DNA of 64,000 nt from positions 32,001 through 96,000 of the forward strand of contig CAXXVL010000002.1 of NCBI GenBank assembly GCA_963667845.2, in the 5' to 3' direction. Position numbers and translations under genes: made by a program. Positions 38,788-48,336 of this stretch are shown here, in pieces. This stretch comes from Smithellaceae bacterium (GTDB lineage Bacteria; Desulfobacterota; Syntrophia; Syntrophales; Smithellaceae). Under the pieces are notes generated by a model that saw nothing but the letters and a program-made list of their open reading frames with translations, did no database searches and was not told the DNA's origin. The number at the start of each line of letters is the position of its first letter. Position 1 is the stretch's first letter.

Positions 38788-38886
38788 TTAATCCCGCTCA
38801 CGCGGGACGAGCGTTAATCCCCTGTCGCTTGCTGCGAAATAATCACGTTCATTTCATACCTCGTGAGCTTGCTGCGAGGTGTTTGA
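38788..38886 (-). repeat. Modular palindromic repeat, long form (copy 7)
   Basis: Reverse complement: TCAAACACCTCGCAGCAAGCTCACGAGGTATGAAATGAACGTGATTATTTCGCAGCAAGCGACAGGGGATTAACGCTCGTCCCGCGTGAGCGGGATTAA. Confidence 0.85.
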
Positions 38887-38893
38887 TCTGAAT

Positions 38894-40351
38894 CTAAAAC
38901 CGGATGGACAGACCGCCGCCGACCTGCCAGTTTGCCTTATCGAAGGACTCTTCAGCAGGCATCGGGCCGAATGTTCCCTCGCCGCTGGTCTTGTATTTCA
39001 CGTACCCCGCATTCATGAAAGGTTCGATGCTCACGCCATCGAGCTTCACGGTGGCACCGATCGAGGCATTCACGCCCGCAGTCCAACCGTTGGTAGCCAC
39101 ATTCAGGGGTAAAAAAGGAAGGACCTCGTTATAAGCAAAATATCCATAACTGCTTTTCACCAGGCCATAGAAAACATTGAAGCCGCCGCGCAGGGTGATT
39201 GCGGGGTGCAACTCCTTTTCCATCAGCGCTTTCAGGGTCAAACGATGTTCGGAATAATTCGGCATGTCGGTATAGTTATCATCGAAAAACCAGTTTGCCG
39301 CGATGTCCCTGATATGCAGACGCTGATCGGTCCGGATAAAATCATAATACAGGCCCGCGGCCGCTTTTGTATCTTTTGCAAGCTGCATATCCGCGCCGCC
39401 GCCGACTTTGATGAAGAAGTCCTTGTTTTCATGTGCATAAGTCAGCAGTGATGAGCCGGGAGTATTTCCGTCGCCGTCTCTTTTCATGGTTTTATATCCG
39501 GTACTCACTACAAACGGCAGAATCACGCGATCGGAGAGCGGCACTCTCAGCAGGAAGTCGCCGACGACGTTAAAGCCCTGGACTCTTCCATTCGTCCCGT
39601 ATGTGATGCAATTATATTCATTTTCAGACGAGAAAGGCAGGCTGCCCCGGAGGGTGAAAGCGTATTTTGCCGGTCCCGCGGAGCCGCCAACGGAAACCTT
39701 CCCTGCGGCTTCCCAGTAACTGGATTTAAAGGGGATCATGAAAGGATAAAGATTCACAAACGGAATATTTTCAGCGGACCAGGGATAATTCTTTAAATTA
39801 ACATCGTAGTAGAAAGTTTCCCGTTCTTCGGAGCGATAGGCGATCTGAAGTTCACCGCCCAGTTTCACGGCGCGAACCGGCAGACCATAGATCACCTTCA
39901 ATGCAAAGCTGTCAGACCGGTCGCTTAATTTGTAACTGGGGAAGGTGAGACCACCGGAGTTCTCATCGCCGCCATAGACTCCGCGGTCGCCCGCGTAGTC
40001 AAAAAACACGCCCATTCTCCCCGCCCCCAGGGCAAAAGCTGCGCCCAGCTGGCCCTCATTTTTCCAGGCCTGGCCGCTGGCGGCAAAAGGGATGGTGACG
40101 CCGCCCGGGGGAAAGGTCAACGTATAGTCCCACCGGGTTGCCGCATCGTAGGTCACGCGATAATGACCGTATGCGTTAAACCCTTTACCGGACGCGATTG
40201 CCGCCGGATGGGTCAGATAATCCGACTCATCTTCAATCAAACCAACGGCATCGCCGGCACCCGCCATCCTGCCCTGCCAGGCCACGGACGGCACGGCCAG
40301 AAGCAGAATAAGCAGCAGCGCGGCAACAGCTGATAATCTGTTTTTCATCAT
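38894..40351 (-). CDS. Putative outer-membrane beta-barrel protein (paralog B)
   Basis: Colinear with paralog A (WQGRMAG.GDA.GLIEDESDYL.HPA); C-terminal WQVGGGLSIRF. Confidence 0.75.
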   Translation of the reverse strand: MMKNRLSAVAALLLILLLAVPSVAWQGRMAGAGDAVGLIEDESDYLTHPAAIASGKGFNAYGHYRVTYDAATRWDYTLTFPPGGVTIPFAASGQAWKNEGQLGAAFALGAGRMGVFFDYAGDRGVYGGDENSGGLTFPSYKLSDRSDSFALKVIYGLPVRAVKLGGELQIAYRSEERETFYYDVNLKNYPWSAENIPFVNLYPFMIPFKSSYWEAAGKVSVGGSAGPAKYAFTLRGSLPFSSENEYNCITYGTNGRVQGFNVVGDFLLRVPLSDRVILPFVVSTGYKTMKRDGDGNTPGSSLLTYAHENKDFFIKVGGGADMQLAKDTKAAAGLYYDFIRTDQRLHIRDIAANWFFDDNYTDMPNYSEHRLTLKALMEKELHPAITLRGGFNVFYGLVKSSYGYFAYNEVLPFLPLNVATNGWTAGVNASIGATVKLDGVSIEPFMNAGYVKYKTSGEGTFGPMPAEESFDKANWQVGGGLSIRF

Positions 40352-40620
40352 TCTTTTCTCCTTTTCTGAATTCGGAACAGACAACGCCGGCAAGACATGA
40401 TTGCTTACCGGCGTAATGATGGGTATAAGATTTTGTGCGCAGGCTCTCATGATCAGAAACGTACCTTTTCGAGTATTCCTTGAGCGATCGCTGGCCGTAT
40501 GGGGTAACAGTTAATCGCCGATTTGTCAATTTCGTCTTGAAATACAGCGATGCCGTCTTGACAGAGACGTTATTCTTTGAAATATGTTTTTAAAAAACAG
40601 AGAGCATTGGAGGAGAAGTT

Positions 40621-41631
40621 ATGAAAGCAGCCGTATTGCACGGGGCAAAAGACATACGAACGGAAACCGTCCCCGATCCAGTTTGCGCACCACACGGGGT
40701 CATCATCAAAGTTAAAGCCTGCGGCGTTTGCGGGTCCGATCTGCACTGGTATAAAGTGAATGGTCACGAAGGAACCATTTTCGGCCACGAATTCAGCGGC
40801 GATATTGTGGAAGTGGGCAAGGACGTGAAGGGCATTGCCACGGGCACGCGCTGCACGGCGGTGGGGTTTAATCCCTGCGGCGAGTGCTTCTGGTGCAAGC
40901 AGGGCAAGCCGCACCGCTGCTCCGCGATGGAGCTGCTCGGGTATCAATTCCCCGGCGCGATGGCCGAATATGTTCACGTGCCTTTTGCGGCGATTGGCCG
41001 CAGCGTCTTTCCGCTTCCCGAAGAACTGACCTACGAAGATGCGGCATCCGTTGAACCGCTCTCCATTTCCTACTTCTCCGTCAATCGCGCGCAGCCCAAG
41101 CCCGATGAGATTATTGCCGTCATCGGCATGGGCGTGATCGGCCTTTACGCCGTCCAGGTGCTGAAGTCGCTGGGCGTGGAAAAAGTGATCGCCGCCGGAC
41201 GAAGGCCCGCACGCCTGAACGCTGCAGGGCTCTGCGGCGCCGATCCGGTCATTGACACCGCAAGCCAGGACACGCTGGCCGCCGTGATGGCGGCAACCCA
41301 GCAGCTCGGCGTCAACACGGTTGTGGAATGCGCGGGCAATCAGACCACATTCGACCAGTCGGTCGCCATGGCGCGCGGCGGCGGCAAGATTCTGCTGGTC
41401 GGCGTCTACGAAGAGCCGCTCAAATGGGATCCCCTGCCCGTCATCGGCAAGAACCTCACGCTGGTCGGCTGCCTGGGCGGCAACTTCCGGGCTTCGATCG
41501 ACCTGCTCAAAAGCGGCAAGGTCCAAACGAAAAATATGATCTCGCATTTCTTCGGGCTGGATCAGGCTGCGGAGGCCTTCCGGGCGCAGCTTCAGGACCC
41601 GACAGCGATCAAGGTCATGATCAAACCCTGA
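40621..41631 (+). CDS. Zinc-binding (MDR) dehydrogenase
   Basis: CGSDLH, GHEFSG, CGECFWC...C, GMGVIG. Confidence 0.93.
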   Translation: MKAAVLHGAKDIRTETVPDPVCAPHGVIIKVKACGVCGSDLHWYKVNGHEGTIFGHEFSGDIVEVGKDVKGIATGTRCTAVGFNPCGECFWCKQGKPHRCSAMELLGYQFPGAMAEYVHVPFAAIGRSVFPLPEELTYEDAASVEPLSISYFSVNRAQPKPDEIIAVIGMGVIGLYAVQVLKSLGVEKVIAAGRRPARLNAAGLCGADPVIDTASQDTLAAVMAATQQLGVNTVVECAGNQTTFDQSVAMARGGGKILLVGVYEEPLKWDPLPVIGKNLTLVGCLGGNFRASIDLLKSGKVQTKNMISHFFGLDQAAEAFRAQLQDPTAIKVMIKP

Positions 41632-41642
41632 AAGATTGAATA

Positions 41643-42332
41643 ATGAACGAAGCGTATTTGGAACCAACAGAATTTATCGACAGCGATTCACCGGCGGTCC
41701 GCGGCTTTGCGCAAAAAGCAACCGCGGGCGCCGTGACGCCGCGGGAGAAAGCCGTCAAACTGTACTATGCCGTCCGGGACGGGATTTATTACGATCCCTA
41801 CCGAATTGATCCTTCTAGAGGCGCCTTCAAGGCCAGCACAATCATCGGCAAAGAATACGGTTACTGCGTGGCCAAGGCGGTCGTGCTGGCAGCCGTTTTG
41901 CGCGCGGTGGGCATTCCCTGCAAGCTGCATTTTGCCGATGTTCGCAATCACTTGACGACGGAAAGGCTCAGGGCGCTGATGCAGACGGATACTTTTTTCT
42001 ATCATGGTTATAATGATATCCATCTCGACGGCCGCTGGATCAAAGTGACGCCGACATTTAATTTGGCGCTTTGCGAAAAATTCAAAGTCAAGCCGCTCGA
42101 CTGGGACGGCGCCGCAGATGCCGTATTTCATCCCTTCGACCTTGCCGGCCGCAGGCACATGGAATATATCAAGGATCACGGCTCCTTTGCCGATCTGCCG
42201 TACGATGCGATTATCAACACCTTCCTCACCTGCTACGGCGACGCGGCGATAAATCAGCTGAGCCAGCCGGGCCAGGCCGGAGACTTCGAAAGCGAAGCAC
42301 AAGAGGAAGCGGAAAAGACGAAGCGATCCTAA
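41643..42332 (+). CDS. Transglutaminase-like domain protein
   Basis: YYAVRD, GYCVAKA, VRNHL, HGY, GRWIKVTPTFN. Confidence 0.9.
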   Translation: MNEAYLEPTEFIDSDSPAVRGFAQKATAGAVTPREKAVKLYYAVRDGIYYDPYRIDPSRGAFKASTIIGKEYGYCVAKAVVLAAVLRAVGIPCKLHFADVRNHLTTERLRALMQTDTFFYHGYNDIHLDGRWIKVTPTFNLALCEKFKVKPLDWDGAADAVFHPFDLAGRRHMEYIKDHGSFADLPYDAIINTFLTCYGDAAINQLSQPGQAGDFESEAQEEAEKTKRS

Positions 42333-42404
42333 TGTGCAAATCGAAACGATTATGCCCAACGGAAGCACACAAGATTTCGGAAAAGCTTTTCAGGAGAAAC
42401 AGCT

Positions 42405-43772
42405 GTGGCGAGAAATCTTAACATCAATGAGCTGAAGGATATCCTGGACGACCGCCGGGTTTCTGCGGGAGAGTCCGTTCTCAACCTGCACTCGCACGAT
42501 GAATCCTTTCACGCCTCAGTGCTCCCGGACGTTGTCGTCTGGCCGCAGACCACTGAGGAAGCGAGCCGTCTTGTCGTTTGGGCCGGGCAACATAAAGTGC
42601 CTGTCACCGCCTGGGGCGCGGGAACCAGTCTGGAAGGCAATCCCATTCCCGTCAACGGCGGTATGGTCATGGATTTTGCCGAAATGAACCGCGTCCTCGC
42701 CGTGCGTGCGGAAGACTTTCAGGTCGATGTCGAGGCGGGGGTCATATACAAGGAGCTCAACCGCGTCCTCGCCCGCGACGGTCTTTTCTTTCCGCCTGAT
42801 CCCGGCGCGGCGGCCACCATCGGCGGCATGATCGGCAACAACGCCAGCGGCATCCGCTCGGTGCGCTACGGCGCAACCAAAGATTACGTCATGCGGCTCA
42901 CCGTTGTTCTGCCGGACGGCTCTGTGATCCGCGTGGGCAACAGCGCCCGTAAATGTTCATCCGGCTACAATCTTCCCGCGCTTTTTACGGGCTCGGAAGG
43001 CACACTGGGCATCATCACCGAAGCGACTCTGAAACTCGTCGGACTGCCCGTCAACTTCATGGCCGTGCGGGCAACCTTCCCGACCGTTCTCCATGCGACG
43101 ACGACGGTTTACCAGATCATGCGCGCGGGGCTTATGCCCGCCGCCATGGAATTTCTCGACGGCAACGTCATGCATGTGCTGAACGTCGACCGGGGGCTCG
43201 CCCTGGATGAGAACCCCACGCTGCTCATGGAATTTTCCGGATACAGCAGAGAGGGGCTCGCTGAGGAAATGGCCTTCGTGGATGAGATCTGCCAGGCAAA
43301 CGGCGCGCTCACGCTCGACTGCGGCATCGGTTCCGAGGAGCGGGCGCGCCTGTGGGAAATCCGTCATCAGACTTATGAATCCATCAAACGGTGCCACATC
43401 GGCCTCGCGCCGCTCATTATGGACGTCGCCGTGCCGCTTTCGCGCTACAGCGAGATGGTGGAGTTCAGCAAAGAAATCGTCCGGGATCTCACGGCTTATC
43501 TCTTCGGCCACGCCGGAGACGGCAATATCCATGTGCACGTCATGGATAATCGAAAAGATCCGGAAAGCTGGTCGCGCGTCGAAGAAGCGAGCCGCCGCAT
43601 CGTGATGAAGGCGCTCGAATTCGGAGGCACCTGCACCGGCGAGCACGGCATCGGCATCGGTAAAAGCTGCTTCATGTCCGAGGAACACGGCGAGAGTCTT
43701 GCCCTCATGAAGAAGCTCAAAACATTGCTCGACCCGGAGAATCTCTTCAATCCCGGTAAATTTTTCCGGTAA
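42405..43772 (+). CDS. FAD-linked oxidase (GlcD / D-2-hydroxyacid dehydrogenase family)
   Basis: GAGTSLEG, PDPG, TIGGMIGNNASG, GSEGTLG, GHAGDGNIH, GEHGIG, NPGK. Confidence 0.93.
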   Translation: MARNLNINELKDILDDRRVSAGESVLNLHSHDESFHASVLPDVVVWPQTTEEASRLVVWAGQHKVPVTAWGAGTSLEGNPIPVNGGMVMDFAEMNRVLAVRAEDFQVDVEAGVIYKELNRVLARDGLFFPPDPGAAATIGGMIGNNASGIRSVRYGATKDYVMRLTVVLPDGSVIRVGNSARKCSSGYNLPALFTGSEGTLGIITEATLKLVGLPVNFMAVRATFPTVLHATTTVYQIMRAGLMPAAMEFLDGNVMHVLNVDRGLALDENPTLLMEFSGYSREGLAEEMAFVDEICQANGALTLDCGIGSEERARLWEIRHQTYESIKRCHIGLAPLIMDVAVPLSRYSEMVEFSKEIVRDLTAYLFGHAGDGNIHVHVMDNRKDPESWSRVEEASRRIVMKALEFGGTCTGEHGIGIGKSCFMSEEHGESLALMKKLKTLLDPENLFNPGKFFR

Positions 43773-43816
43773 ACCAACTTTCGTTATTCCCCCCTCCCCT
43801 CCGTCCCGCCCGCCAG

Positions 43817-44076
43817 GAGACTGTGTCGCAACGTCATTGCGAGCCGACACTGAGGAGCGGCGGCAATCCGGCACCGTCATTGCGAGCCGATTCTCAATCG
43901 GCGTGGCAATCCCGTAAGGAGATCAATCCATGAGATTACCACGCCGCCCGAGGGACGGCTCGTAATGACAGCAATGGATTGCCACCCCGGCCTTCGCCGG
44001 AACAGGCTGTGCCTGACGCGTGCCCTTTAGGGTAGAGGCGTCTCGCAATGACTATTCTACATTGCGACACAGTCTC
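43817..44076. mobile_element. 260-bp MITE/REPIN-like element containing GTCATTGCGAG REP units
   Basis: Perfect TIR GAGACTGTGTCGCAA/TTGCGACACAGTCTC; short direct repeat (CAG) flanks; two GTCATTGCGAG and two CTCG(T/C)AATGAC units inside. Confidence 0.78.
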
Positions 44077-44264
44077 CAGGGGCGGGGGAAGTTACTCGCT
44101 GATTCAACCATCCTGATTGAACCCCTCATTTCACCTTGCATGGTAAACAGTGTTCACTTAATTCTTGACATCCGGAGCCGAACGCTCTTATATTTTTGCC
44201 CCTTTGCATCAGAACCGGAAATGGCGGCGGGATATGTTGAGAGGAAATCTGAAGGAGGAACACC

Positions 44265-45683
44265 GTGAATCTTGATTCGTTATTTTATCCCAAGAGCATC
44301 GCAGTAATCGGCGCATCCAACAATCTGGGCGGCGGGAAAATGCCCTACTTTCAAATCATCCGGGCCAACGCTTTTGCCGGGCCGATTTATCCGGTCAATC
44401 CCAAGCGCGGTGAAATTGACGGCATCGAGGTTTTCGGCTCGATCGACGAACTGCCCGAACCGGTGGACTTCGCCATTGTCGCCGCACCCGTGGAGCAGTC
44501 TCTGGACATCGTCCGGGCGGCCGTCCGCAAGCAGATCAAGTTCATCCATTTTTTCACCTCGGGTTTCGGCGAAACAGGGAACCGGCAGCTCGAAGAGGAT
44601 ATGGTCCGGGAAGCCCGCAAAGGGCACCTCCGGATCGTCGGCCCGAACTGCATCGGGGTGCACTGCGCCGAATCGAAAATTTCATTCACCCTGATCCCGC
44701 CGCTGGAAACGAACGGCACAGTCGCTTTCCTGGGACAGTCGGGAGGCGTCACAGGCAATTTTCTGGCGATGGCCTCAACCCGGAAAATTCCGCTCAATAA
44801 GGTCGTCTCCTACGGGAATCAAATCGATCTCCGCCTGGAAGATTATCTGGACTATCTGGCCGATGACAAGGAAATCCGTCTCATCGCCTGCTACGTGGAA
44901 GACATCAAAAACCCGCAGACATTTCTCCGGACGCTCAAACGGACAACAGCCAAAAAGCCGGTGATCATCCTCAAGGGGGGAAAAACCGAGACGGGCTCCA
45001 AGGCCGCCGCAAGCCATACGGGCGCCATGGCGAGCAATTACACCATCTGGGCCGCCGCCGTAAGACAGCACGGCGCCCTCCTGGTGGACGATTTCGATCA
45101 GTTGATGCACCTGGTGATGCTGGGCACGGCGGAAAAGCTCCCGCGCGGGAAACGCGTCGGGTTCCTGGGCGCCGGCGGCGGCATCTCCGTCCTCTTCAGC
45201 GACCTCGCCATCGAGTCGGGCCTGGCCCTCCCGGAATTGGGGCCGCGGGCCCAGCAGATGATCAGCGAAAAGATCATGGGGGTCAACACCTCGACGGTCA
45301 ACCCGGTGGATCTGGGGGCCTTCGGCTTCGACCTCAACGTCATGCTGCACACCATGAAAGCCATGGACGAAGACGACGCGATCGACGTCATCATCCCCTA
45401 CTTCTCGGTGGAATACATCATGCGTTCGGAATTTTTTCTCAAGGTGAAAAATAACGCCGATACCATTCTGGAAATGGCGAAACAGATCAACAAGCCGGTT
45501 GTCCCGATCCTGTCGAGCTTTGTTGAAGACAACCTCGAAGCGGAGCGCACCAGGATTGAAACGTTCGCCAAACTGCGCAAGGCCGGATTCCCCGTCTATA
45601 CCAAAATACAGGATGCCGTCTACTCCATCGGCGCCTACTACGAATGGGTGGCCCGGCACGCACGCGCGTTAGCACAAGCATGA
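44265..45683 (+). CDS. NDP-forming acyl-CoA synthetase, CoA-binding subunit
   Basis: PKSIAVIGAS, YPVNPK, GFGE, VGPNCIG, QSGG, SYGNQ, AASHTGA, NPVDL. Confidence 0.9.
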   Translation: MNLDSLFYPKSIAVIGASNNLGGGKMPYFQIIRANAFAGPIYPVNPKRGEIDGIEVFGSIDELPEPVDFAIVAAPVEQSLDIVRAAVRKQIKFIHFFTSGFGETGNRQLEEDMVREARKGHLRIVGPNCIGVHCAESKISFTLIPPLETNGTVAFLGQSGGVTGNFLAMASTRKIPLNKVVSYGNQIDLRLEDYLDYLADDKEIRLIACYVEDIKNPQTFLRTLKRTTAKKPVIILKGGKTETGSKAAASHTGAMASNYTIWAAAVRQHGALLVDDFDQLMHLVMLGTAEKLPRGKRVGFLGAGGGISVLFSDLAIESGLALPELGPRAQQMISEKIMGVNTSTVNPVDLGAFGFDLNVMLHTMKAMDEDDAIDVIIPYFSVEYIMRSEFFLKVKNNADTILEMAKQINKPVVPILSSFVEDNLEAERTRIETFAKLRKAGFPVYTKIQDAVYSIGAYYEWVARHARALAQA

Positions 45684-45825
45684 GGAATGACGAATTCATA
45701 AACGCGGATCACGGGGGACTGAGGCTTAAGGCGGATACCGGCAAACGGACGCCGCTGAGCGCTCAGGCCTTTTTGGCGGGCTTTCGCAACCAACTTTTTT
45801 ATCGCCGCACTCTGGAGGTTATAAA

Positions 45826-46755
45826 ATGAAGATTCTCAGAACACCGGACGAACGATTTCTCAATCTTCCCGGCTACCCTTTCGAACCGCATTACGCAGAA
45901 GTCCCCGACGGCGAAGGCGACAGCCTGAGAATCCATTACGTCGATGAAGGACCGAAAGATGCCGCTGTGGTTTTGCTTCTCCACGGAGAACCCACGTGGT
46001 CCTTCCTCTATCGAAAGATGATTCCGGTTCTCGTAAAAGCCGGTCATCGGGTGATTGCTCCCGATCTGGTCGGCTTCGGCAAATCCGATAAACCGGCAAG
46101 CCGGGGCGATTATTCGTTTCAACGCCACGTCGACTGGATGCTCTCTTTGCTCGAACGGCTCACCCTGAGCCGGATCACACTCGTTTGCCAGGATTGGGGC
46201 GGGCTCATCGGGCTTCGTCTTGTGGCTGCAAGGCCCGAACTCTTTGACCGGGTCGTGGCCGCCAATACGGGACTGCCGACGGGAGACTCTCCGATATCGG
46301 AGGCGTTTCTCGCATGGCAGAAGTTTTCCAGAGAAGTTCCCCAATTTGACGTCGGCACCATCGTTAAGAGCTCCAATGCCGTTTTTGGAAAGGACATGAA
46401 TCTGCCCATCCTTGCAGACGAAGTCACCGCTGCTTACGACGCGCCGTTTCCCGATGATTCCTACAAGGAAGGCGCCCGCATCTTCCCCTCACTCGTTCCG
46501 ACGACACCGGATGATCCCGCGGCAGCGGCCAATCGGAAAGCCTGGGACGTGCTCACCGCATTTACCAAGCCGTTCTTAACCGCCTTCAGCGACGGCGATC
46601 CGATCACACGGGGAGGCGAGCACATTTTACAGACGCGGATTCCCGGTGCAAAGAACCAGCTCCATACAACCATTAAAGGGGCCGGACATTTCCTGCAGGA
46701 AGACAAAGGCGAAGAATTTGCCGAAGTCATCGTTAATTTCATGGCGAACGGGTAA
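45826..46755 (+). CDS. Haloalkane dehalogenase
   Basis: LRTPDERF, HGEPTWSFLYR, QDWGG (nucleophile Asp), FSDGDPI, GHFLQED. Confidence 0.92.
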   Translation: MKILRTPDERFLNLPGYPFEPHYAEVPDGEGDSLRIHYVDEGPKDAAVVLLLHGEPTWSFLYRKMIPVLVKAGHRVIAPDLVGFGKSDKPASRGDYSFQRHVDWMLSLLERLTLSRITLVCQDWGGLIGLRLVAARPELFDRVVAANTGLPTGDSPISEAFLAWQKFSREVPQFDVGTIVKSSNAVFGKDMNLPILADEVTAAYDAPFPDDSYKEGARIFPSLVPTTPDDPAAAANRKAWDVLTAFTKPFLTAFSDGDPITRGGEHILQTRIPGAKNQLHTTIKGAGHFLQEDKGEEFAEVIVNFMANG

Positions 46756-46931
46756 ATCGGAGAACAGAATCTTAGCGCAGGTGATGCGGGAATTTATTTC
46801 CACCATCACCTGCGCCAGGTTTTTTGCCCTATGGGTCTGCAGAGGCCGGGGACCGGAATTTTGGGCCATGATCGCAAAACCCGGTGCCGAAATCGGGCAG
46901 ATTTCTAAAGAAGAAGAAAGAAGGTAGATGA

Positions 46932-48044
46932 ATGGATTTAAAGAGAGGAATTGGATTTTTGACGTGGCTGGTTTTTTTTACCGGATTGGTTTTTTTGTCT
47001 TCCAGTGGAGATGCTGCAGCGTGCAGCCGCGTTTTATCCGCTGATAACGGGCAGGCGGTTCTCGTCGGCCGGAATCTGGATTGGCCCATCGACATGGGAA
47101 CCGAGCTATGGGTTTTTCCCCGGGGCATGAAACGCAACGGGCTTGCTGCTAATCCGCTTACCTGGACTGCAAAATTCGGCAGCGTGGCTGTCGCTTCTTA
47201 TGCACCGGGAAGAAAATTGGCCGGTGTCCTTGACGGCATGAATGAAACAGGTCTGGCCGCCAATGCCCTGTGGCTTGATGAAAGTGATTACGGCGTCCGC
47301 GATGAACGCGTGCCCGGCCTGGCCATCAGCCTGTGGACCCAGTATTTTCTTGATAACTTTTCGACAGTGGAAGAAGCCGTGCGCAGCCTCGATAAGATGA
47401 CCTATCAAATCGTCACCATGGACTTCCCGACCGGGACGGCGCAAATGACTGCTTATCTGCATTTGTCTTTGGCGGACAAGAACGGAGATTCGGCCGTCAT
47501 CGAGTATAGCGGAGGCAGGCCCACAATATACCACAATAGAAATTATGCGGTGATGACGAATTACCCGCCTCTTGACCAACAACTGGAGAACCTTAAACAA
47601 TATAAAGGGTTCGGCGGGGAAAAGCCTCTGCCCGGAACAACCGACTCAGCCGACCGGTTCGTCCGGGCTTCTTATTACTTGAAGTATCTGCCCAAGCCTC
47701 GGAATCTGCGGGAAGCAATTGTGGGAATGTTCAGCGTGACCCGCAATGCGGCTCAGCCGTTTCGCGACTCCGGAGATCCCAAACATCCGAACGCCTCGGC
47801 CACGATTTGGCGAACAGTTGCGGATTCCACCCACGCGACATACTATTTTGAATCAACCACATCCCCCAGCATCATCTGGGTCAACCTGAATAAATTTGAT
47901 TTAAAAAAGGGCGCACCGGTGATGAAGCTCGATTTGATCGACAATCCGGATTATGCGGGCGATGTGACGAACAAGTTCAAAAAAGCCAGACCATTTAAAT
48001 TCATGGGACCTGATCAATCACTGCGACCCGCAGGCCTCAATTAA
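46932..48044 (+). CDS. Linear amide C-N hydrolase (choloylglycine hydrolase / penicillin V acylase family)
   Basis: Signal peptide then catalytic Cys (AAA|CSR), GRNLDW, DGMNETGL, MTNYP, LPG...DRFVRA. Confidence 0.92.
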   Translation: MDLKRGIGFLTWLVFFTGLVFLSSSGDAAACSRVLSADNGQAVLVGRNLDWPIDMGTELWVFPRGMKRNGLAANPLTWTAKFGSVAVASYAPGRKLAGVLDGMNETGLAANALWLDESDYGVRDERVPGLAISLWTQYFLDNFSTVEEAVRSLDKMTYQIVTMDFPTGTAQMTAYLHLSLADKNGDSAVIEYSGGRPTIYHNRNYAVMTNYPPLDQQLENLKQYKGFGGEKPLPGTTDSADRFVRASYYLKYLPKPRNLREAIVGMFSVTRNAAQPFRDSGDPKHPNASATIWRTVADSTHATYYFESTTSPSIIWVNLNKFDLKKGAPVMKLDLIDNPDYAGDVTNKFKKARPFKFMGPDQSLRPAGLN

Positions 48045-48050
48045 CCGGAC

Positions 48051-48110
48051 CCGGAGACAGCGCTCCCTTGCAAAGCTTTTAAGCCGAAAGGGAGCGCTGT
48101 CTCCGGCTTT
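48051..48110 (+). terminator. Strong hairpin after the hydrolase gene
   Basis: CCGGAGACAGCGCTCCCTT...AAGGGAGCGCTGTCTCCGG followed by CTTT. Confidence 0.65.
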
Positions 48111-48336
48111 AACCGTTTCAATACATGATCTGACCGCCGCAGACATTCATGGCAAGAGGGTTGTTTCAATTAGCGGCAATATGAGAAATGCCTGCTATCG
48201 TATGGCTCTTTTTTTCCTAAAGCGATCCGCTTGATGCCGGCAGGAAAGTCAATCGCGCCTTCGTCACGAGCCGCCCCAACGGGCACTGCTGCTTGTTAAC
48301 AGATCCCGCAAGATTACGGTGGAGGACTTGACGATG

